A DNA stretch of 56,009 bases, taken from positions 1 through 56,009 of the forward strand of contig DATJLC010000085.1 of assembly GCA_035490755.1 (NCBI GenBank), given 5' to 3'. The translations under genes were made by a program, and so were the position numbers. The notes below the pieces were generated by a model that worked only from the letters and a program-made list of their open reading frames with translations, was not told the origin of the DNA and searched no databases. Below, one piece after another: positions 50,350 to 56,009 of this stretch. This stretch comes from Sphingobium sp. (GTDB lineage: Bacteria > Pseudomonadota > Alphaproteobacteria > Sphingomonadales > Sphingomonadaceae). Within the stretch, counting starts at the first letter, position 1. Each line of letters begins with the position of its first letter.

Positions 50350-51620
50350 GGGGATTCTCCGGGCATGCGCTCGGCCGGGCCTGCCACGAAGGGCTGGCCG
50401 GTCAGGCGCTGGATTTCGATCAGGGCGCGTTGGGCTTCGAGCGCGGCTTCGAGTTGCTGCCTGCGGGCGCCGGTGCGCTCGGATTGGAGCTGCGCCCACT
50501 CGAGGTAGCTGATGGCGCCGGCGCGGTACGCGCGCTCGGCCGCACTTTCGGCGCGTCCGAGTTTCGGGATGACTTCGCTGCCCAGGCGACGGACCTCGAG
50601 CTGCGCCGACAGGTAGCGCCCATGGGCGTCCGCCAGTGTCGAGTACAGCGACAGGTTCCGAGACTCGCGCTCGATCTCCAGCAGCGCGAGCTCGGCTTCG
50701 GCTACGCGGATCTCGGGCTCGGCGCGGCTGCGCGTGCCCAGCGGCAGGGAGGCACTCGCGACGACGCCAAAGTCGTCCGTGGCCTGGAGACGGCGCACAC
50801 CCACTTGCCAATCGATGTCAGGCGTCGCCTGCGTGCGGGCCAGCTGCAGGCGCGCTTCGCGAATGCGCTGCTCGCCGGCAAACTGGGCGATCTCGGGCGT
50901 ACGGGCCAACCATGTCGTCAGTTCGTCGAACGACGCGACTTTCGGCAGGGCCAGCGGGCTGCCGGCAACGACCTGGAAGCTAGGGTCTCGCTCACCCCAG
51001 AGGGTCGCGAGGTGCTGCTTGGCGCCGGCCTCCCGCTGGACGGCGCGGGCGCGCTCGAGCTCGGCGCGTGCCAGCGCCGCTTCGGCGGTGAGCACCACCG
51101 ACTCCGGTGACGCGCCTGCCTGCAGGCGCTGGCGGGCACCGGCGACTGTGCGCTTGCGCTGGCCGATGTCGAGGTCGGCGATCTCGCGCTGCCGCTGTGC
51201 AGACACGACCGCGAGGTAGCGGCGGGCGACCTCTGCCAGCAGGTCGAGCCGCTTGGACTCCCGCTGCAGCGCCAGCGAATCGATGCGCGATTGCACGAGT
51301 GCACGTCGGGCATCGAGCTTGCCCCCGCGCTCGAGCACCGAGGCCAGGGTAAGGGTGAGCTCGGCCCCAGAGAGGCCGCTGGCTTCGCCGGTTCCGAGGA
51401 CGTTCTCGGCGGATGCCCCGACCACGAGCGGCGGCTTGAAGCTTGCGCGGTCGAGTTCTGCAGTCAGGACAGTTCGCTGGCCTCCGGCCAGACGCAGGTC
51501 GGGATGGGCTTGTTCGACGCGCGCGAACGCATCGTCGAGGGTGAGGCGGTCAGCTGCGAGTGCTGGCAAGGCAAGCATCGCGGCGACACACGCGGCCAAG
51601 GCCGCGAGTCGTGCACGCAT
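50346..51620 (-). CDS. czcC: CzcC TolC-family outer membrane protein
   Basis: Signal peptide, ERGGKLDARR, YRAGAISYLE; upstream of czcBA. Confidence 0.9.
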
Positions 51621-51675
51621 GGGATGTACTCCGTAAGGCGAAGACGGGAAACCGCCGGCGTAGCCGGCTGTCGCG

Positions 51676-52068
51676 TCAGGCCTGAATCGGAGGACGGAAT
51701 GGCGCTAGGCGGGGCTCGTCGGCAGGTCGCTCGAGAGCCGAACAGACGGCCAAAGGCCCTGCCACCATGGGGACTAGCGCCGCGTTGAAGCTAACCGCGG
51801 GCACGGCGGTCTGCCCGCAGCAGTGCGCCATGTGGTGGACCAGGTGCAGCGTGGTCGCTTCGCGGTCGCCAGCCTCGCCTTGGGCGGCGAGCTCGGCCCG
51901 GACGTCGTCGTGGCCATCTCCGGAGACATGCGTCTCGGTAAAACCATGGGTCAGCTCGTGCATCTCGCCGACCGATGCCAGCACCGGCTGCACGATCATC
52001 GCCAGCACCAGGCAGGTCGAGACCAGCCAGTGCAGCAGGGATCGGCGGCGGCGGGTGAGCAGGCTCAT
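51676..52068 (-). CDS. His/Cys-rich CzcI/CopL-like accessory protein
   Basis: Signal-like N-terminus, HHMAHCCG, C-terminal PFRPPI. Confidence 0.7.
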   Translation of the reverse strand: MSLLTRRRRSLLHWLVSTCLVLAMIVQPVLASVGEMHELTHGFTETHVSGDGHDDVRAELAAQGEAGDREATTLHLVHHMAHCCGQTAVPAVSFNAALVPMVAGPLAVCSALERPADEPRLAPFRPPIQA

Positions 52069-52694
52069 CGATGATCGTCGGCGACGGCGGGTCGCCGTGC
52101 CTCGCGTGCCTCGGACAGGATCTCGACGGCTTCTTTGACCACGTAGACGCCAATGAGGCTGCCGATGACGTAGTCAGGGTACGGTGAACCGAGGAGCATC
52201 ACCAACACGCCCGCGGCGATCACGCCGGCATTGGCGATGACGTCAGCCCGCGTGAAGATCCAGGTGGCACGCAGGTGCACCTCGCCCTGCTGGAGGGGTG
52301 CCAGCAGGCGAAGCACGGTGAGATTGACGGCGAGCGACAGGGTCGCCGTCGCGATCATCCATCCGCTCTCGGGCTCGGCCCCGGCGCCAATGCGCCGAAG
52401 AACTTCAAACAGCAGGCCCAGGCCAAGGACCAGCAACGCGATGCCGCTCGCCGTCGCCGCGTTCGCCTTGAACCGCGCCGACCGACCGATGGCGGCGAGG
52501 CCGATCGCATAGGCAGCCGCGTCGGACAGCATGTCTAGGGCGTCCGCCAGCAGGCCGGTCGACTGGCCGATCCAGCCCGCCACGCCACCGACGACTGCCA
52601 TGAGGGCGTTCAACGCCAGCGCGATCGCCAGGATCTTGCGCTCGCCGGCGTCCTTCGCTTCGTGGTGGCACCCGCAGTCGCTCATGGTGGCCAT
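52065..52694 (-). CDS. Short CDF-like cation transporter (Cd/Pb/Zn)
   Basis: MSDCGC N-terminus, STGLLADALDMLSDA, WIFTRADVIAN. Confidence 0.85.
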   Translation of the reverse strand: MATMSDCGCHHEAKDAGERKILAIALALNALMAVVGGVAGWIGQSTGLLADALDMLSDAAAYAIGLAAIGRSARFKANAATASGIALLVLGLGLLFEVLRRIGAGAEPESGWMIATATLSLAVNLTVLRLLAPLQQGEVHLRATWIFTRADVIANAGVIAAGVLVMLLGSPYPDYVIGSLIGVYVVKEAVEILSEAREARRPAVADDHR

Positions 52695-52711
52695 AAGGGG
52701 TGGGAGCCGGC

Positions 52712-52742
52712 ATCCTAAAGTCTGTAGTCGCTACAGGGTCAA
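52712..52742 (-). promoter_or_regulatory. MerR-type promoter/operator
   Basis: Minus strand TTGACC-19 bp-TAGGAT with dyad CTGTAG-CGA-CTACAG in the spacer. Confidence 0.9.
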
Positions 52743-52749
52743 GCCCCAA

Positions 52750-53142
52750 ATGAAGATCGGCCAGGTGTCGGCGGCCAGCGGCTGCCAGATCGAAACCATC
52801 CGGTACTACGAGCGGATCGGGCTGCTCAGGGCGCCTTCCCGTACAGAGACGGGCTATCGCCACTACACCTGCGAGGACGTGGACCGCTTGCGGTTTGTCA
52901 CGCGAGGACGCGCCCTTGGCTTCAGCCTCGAGGAAATCGCGAGCCTCCTGCGGTTAGCCGAGGAAGATGGCCTTGCATGCGATGACGTCGATCGTATAGC
53001 TCGGGCTCACCTGGCCGACGTTGAAAGGCGCGTAGTGGATTTACAGCGTATCCAGGCCGAACTGGAGCGAACCATCACAGGGTGCAAAGGCGGTGAGCGT
53101 GCGCAGTGCAGCATCCTGGGGGCGCTGCGAGACGCAGGGTGA
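52750..53142 (+). CDS. MerR-family metal-responsive regulator (CadR/PbrR/ZntR-like)
   Basis: MKIGQVS...ETIRYYERIGLL, Cys in LACDDV and C-x6-C near C-terminus. Confidence 0.92.
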   Translation: MKIGQVSAASGCQIETIRYYERIGLLRAPSRTETGYRHYTCEDVDRLRFVTRGRALGFSLEEIASLLRLAEEDGLACDDVDRIARAHLADVERRVVDLQRIQAELERTITGCKGGERAQCSILGALRDAG

Positions 53143-53352
53143 TGTGCTGCGCCCTTTCCACGCGTTGCGGGATCGATCGACTGCAGCTCAATCGCATCGT
53201 GATTCCTCGATCAAAACGATCGGCCCCGCCCGGAGACCATGTCGGTACCCCTGCGCGTTTGAAGCCATTGCACGTGGCACTCCGGGCAAGGCCACCTCTC
53301 GTGTGTATGTCTCCGCGCTGGTAAACCCAAGGGCTAGATCCAGGGACTTAGT

Positions 53353-53367
53353 TGCGAATGATTCGCA
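53353..53367. promoter_or_regulatory. Fur box-like site
   Basis: TGCGAAT-G-ATTCGCA 7-1-7 dyad 50 bp before TonB receptor. Confidence 0.7.
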
Positions 53368-53416
53368 TCATCAAGTAGAGTCCGCGCGCCGCGCGCTGCG
53401 CCCTCGACCGACTTCC

Positions 53417-55528
53417 ATGCCGACGCTCCCTCGCACCCTGCTCAGCCTGAGCATCGCCGCCCTCTGCACCCCCGCCTTCGCCGATGATGCCGCCGAGCTC
53501 GACCGGGTCGTAGTGGTCGGCACGAAGGAGCGTGCCGCCACGCAGTCCGGCAGCGCGCAGGTGCTCGACCAGACCGACCTCGAGAGCGCCCGCGTGCTCT
53601 CGGTCGGCGAGGCGCTTCGCAAGGTGCCGGGCGTGACCGTTCGCGACGAGGAAGGCTTCGGCCTGCGTCCGAACATTGGCATCCGCGGGCTGAACCCGAC
53701 GCGATCGACCAAGGTGCTCCTGCTCGAGGACGGCCTGCCCTTCGCGTTCGCTTCCTACGGTGATAACGCGAGCTACTTCCACCCGCCGATCGAACGCTAT
53801 GAGCGCATCGAGGTGCTCAAGGGCACCGGTATGCTCCGCTTCGGCCCGCAGACCATCGGCGGGGTGATCAACTACATCACGCCCGAGCCGCCGCAGGCGT
53901 TCGAAGGCGAGATCGATGCCGCCGCCGGCAACGAGGGCTACCGGCGCCTTCGCCTGGCGCTGGGCGCCGGCGGCCACCGCTTCGATGCCATGGCAAAGGA
54001 AGGAAACGGCGCACGCGACAATCAGTCGCTGCGCCAGGGCGACTTCAACTACAAGTTCAACACCCGCCTGGGCGAGGCCCAGTCGCTGACGCTGCGCGCG
54101 ACGTACCTGCGAGAGGATTCGCAGGTCACCTACTCCGGGCTGACCGACGCCGAGTACCGCGCCTTCGGCGCACGCTACAACCCGTTCAAGAACGACCGTT
54201 TCGACCTCGAGCGCTTCGGCGCGTCGGCGACGTGGGGCCTGGCGCTGGGCGATGCGGCCAGCCTGTCGGCCAACGCCTACTACTACGAGTTCCACCGCGA
54301 CTGGGGACGGCAGTCAAGCTCGACGACCGACGGCCAGTGCGGCGCCGCGTTCACGAACGCGCGCCTGGCGGGTCAAGCCGTCAACGTCGATGACTGCAAT
54401 TCGCGGCAGATGCGCAATCGCGACTTCACCACTTGGGGCATCGAGCCGCGCCTGCGCGCGCAGTACACCCTCGGGGCCGTGCAGGGCGAGCTGGAAGCCG
54501 GCGTGCGTCTGCACAGCGAGCGCCAGGTGCGCCTGCAGCTCAATGGCACCAGCCCGACAGCCACCACGGGCACTCTGGTCGAGCACAACCTGCGCGATGT
54601 AGACGCCTGGTCGGCTTTCGTCGAGAACCGTTTCGACTTCGGGCGCCTTGCAATCATTCCGGCCGTTCGATTCGAGTCGATGGAGTTCACGCGCGAGAAC
54701 CGTCTCGGCGCCGGTGCCCGCGGCGCCGAGCGCATCAGCGAGTGGATCCCGGGCATCGGCGCGACATTCGAAGCCTCGCCGAGCGTGCAGGTCTTCGCCG
54801 GCGTGCACGAAGGGTTCGCGCCGCCGCGTGTGGAAGACCTGATCGGCAATACGGGCACCCTGGTCGCGGTGAACGCCGAGCGCAGCCGCAACTCGGAACT
54901 CGGCGTGCGAGGCCGGCTGGGGCGTGTCTTCAGCTATGAAGTCGCGGCGTTCGACAATGACTTCGACAACCAGATCGCGGTCGGGTCGATCGCCTCGGGC
55001 AGCACGCCGCTGGCCCAGGGCCAGGCGCGCTATCGCGGACTCGAAGCGGCCGCGCGGGCCACGTTCGGCACGGCCGACGCAGGCCGCCCCTACCTGCAGC
55101 TCGCCTACACCGCCCTCCCCGTCGCCGAGCAGAGTTCCGCGCTCGCTCGGGTCGACAATGGGCAGCCGGTGGCCGGGAGCGCGCCGGGGCGTCGCATGCC
55201 ATATGCACCGCGTCACACGGGGAGCCTGCGCGCGGGTTACATCCTCGGCGGTTGGGACCTGTCGCTCGAAGGCGTCTACACCTCTCGCCAGTTCGCGGAC
55301 TTCGCCAACACGAACGCAGCTCCAGTCAACGGCAACGGGCAGGTCGGCGCACTCGATGCGACCGCTCTGTTGAACCTCGCGGTCAACTACGCACTCGGCG
55401 AGAGCGGCTGGACGCTCTATGGCACGGTCAAGAACGCCACGGACCGGACGTACATCGCCGATCGCACGCGCGGAATCCTGCCGGGCACGGGGCGGCAGGT
55501 CGTGCTGGGTGCGAGCTATCGCTTCTGA
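53417..55528 (+). CDS. TonB-dependent receptor (FecA-like)
   Basis: TonB box DRVVVVG, EEGFGLRPNIGIRG..RSTKVLLLEDG, GGVINYIT, terminal YRF; start at ATG 53417. Confidence 0.92.
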   Translation: MPTLPRTLLSLSIAALCTPAFADDAAELDRVVVVGTKERAATQSGSAQVLDQTDLESARVLSVGEALRKVPGVTVRDEEGFGLRPNIGIRGLNPTRSTKVLLLEDGLPFAFASYGDNASYFHPPIERYERIEVLKGTGMLRFGPQTIGGVINYITPEPPQAFEGEIDAAAGNEGYRRLRLALGAGGHRFDAMAKEGNGARDNQSLRQGDFNYKFNTRLGEAQSLTLRATYLREDSQVTYSGLTDAEYRAFGARYNPFKNDRFDLERFGASATWGLALGDAASLSANAYYYEFHRDWGRQSSSTTDGQCGAAFTNARLAGQAVNVDDCNSRQMRNRDFTTWGIEPRLRAQYTLGAVQGELEAGVRLHSERQVRLQLNGTSPTATTGTLVEHNLRDVDAWSAFVENRFDFGRLAIIPAVRFESMEFTRENRLGAGARGAERISEWIPGIGATFEASPSVQVFAGVHEGFAPPRVEDLIGNTGTLVAVNAERSRNSELGVRGRLGRVFSYEVAAFDNDFDNQIAVGSIASGSTPLAQGQARYRGLEAAARATFGTADAGRPYLQLAYTALPVAEQSSALARVDNGQPVAGSAPGRRMPYAPRHTGSLRAGYILGGWDLSLEGVYTSRQFADFANTNAAPVNGNGQVGALDATALLNLAVNYALGESGWTLYGTVKNATDRTYIADRTRGILPGTGRQVVLGASYRF

Positions 55529-55572
55529 TCCATCAGTGCGCCGTCTGGCTTGCTTCTGTCGGCCGCCGCGGC

Positions 55573-56009
55573 TCAGACAAAGTGCAACTCCCCGTCTGTG
55601 GGGTTGTTGCCCTTGACGTCTTCGTACTCGGCGACGAGCTCGAAGTAAGGATGGGTCTCGGTGAGCTGCTTGCGCTCGGCGAACCACAGGCGCTCGTAGG
55701 GCTCACCTTTGAAATCGAAGTGGCAGAAGATGTGCGGAAATCCGTAGATCTTGTCCCCGTCGAGGTTCAACTCGACGATGGAGTCGTAGGGCACGTTGCC
55801 GATCAACAGCACCGTGCGGTCGGCGGATTCGTCGTTCACATAGTCGACAAAGCGAAACCCGCCCTCGCACTCTTTCAGCCCGCCATAGCGCAGGCCCAGG
55901 CAGATGCCGCGCTCGTAGGTGTCGATCAGGCCGACGCGGAACCAGGCGGAGATGCCCTTCTCACCGGGATCGGTGTCCGGATAGACGTCCACGCGATCGG
56001 CATCTCGCA
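55573..56009 (-). CDS. Hypothetical protein, C-terminal part (runs off window edge)
   Basis: Frame open to window end; GISAWFRVGL and PHIFCHF segments; strong codon bias. Confidence 0.7.
   Translation of the reverse strand, partial: RDADRVDVYPDTDPGEKGISAWFRVGLIDTYERGICLGLRYGGLKECEGGFRFVDYVNDESADRTVLLIGNVPYDSIVELNLDGDKIYGFPHIFCHFDFKGEPYERLWFAERKQLTETHPYFELVAEYEDVKGNNPTDGELHFV

Noticed and set aside
55980..56009. IRt closing the Tn402-like element at window end
   Set aside because: The end of the window is mid-CDS and has no inverse of TGTCGTTTTCAGAAG

Overview
A GC-rich mosaic of nested mobile DNA with no core genes, rRNA, tRNA or CRISPR. (1) 1-20.9 kb: a defective Tn402/Tn5053-family transposon. 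It starts at base 1 with the class 1 integron-type IRi but has no intI1. Its cargo is an AraC/AhpD-like/cytochrome P460/uracil-DNA glycosylase module plus a LysR gene, and it ends in a tniA remnant. (2) Inserted into that UDG gene is a complete 15.7 kb Tn3-family transposon (3029-18762; 38-bp IRs, AACAA target duplication). It carries an aromatic catabolic cluster (split gallate-dioxygenase-like genes, hydrolases, MFS, porin) that is itself interrupted by an IS21-family element. (3) 20.9-56 kb: an island with a TnpT/TnpS-like tyrosine recombinase pair, a BigR-type persulfide/sulfur detoxification module, small hypothetical genes, a truncated cusA with cusF, an Xre-RES-HEPN three-gene operon, tandem QExxH metalloprotease paralogues, a MerR-controlled czc cluster and a Fur-boxed TonB-dependent receptor. 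The most unusual signal is a family of 24-bp palindromic sites (GTCCGCT-N10-AGCGGAC) at module boundaries. One copy lies exactly where this element diverges from the class 1 integron 5' segment, which suggests an uncharacterised site-specific module-exchange system. Family assignments and comparisons with reference sequences come from motif recognition and memory, not database searches.
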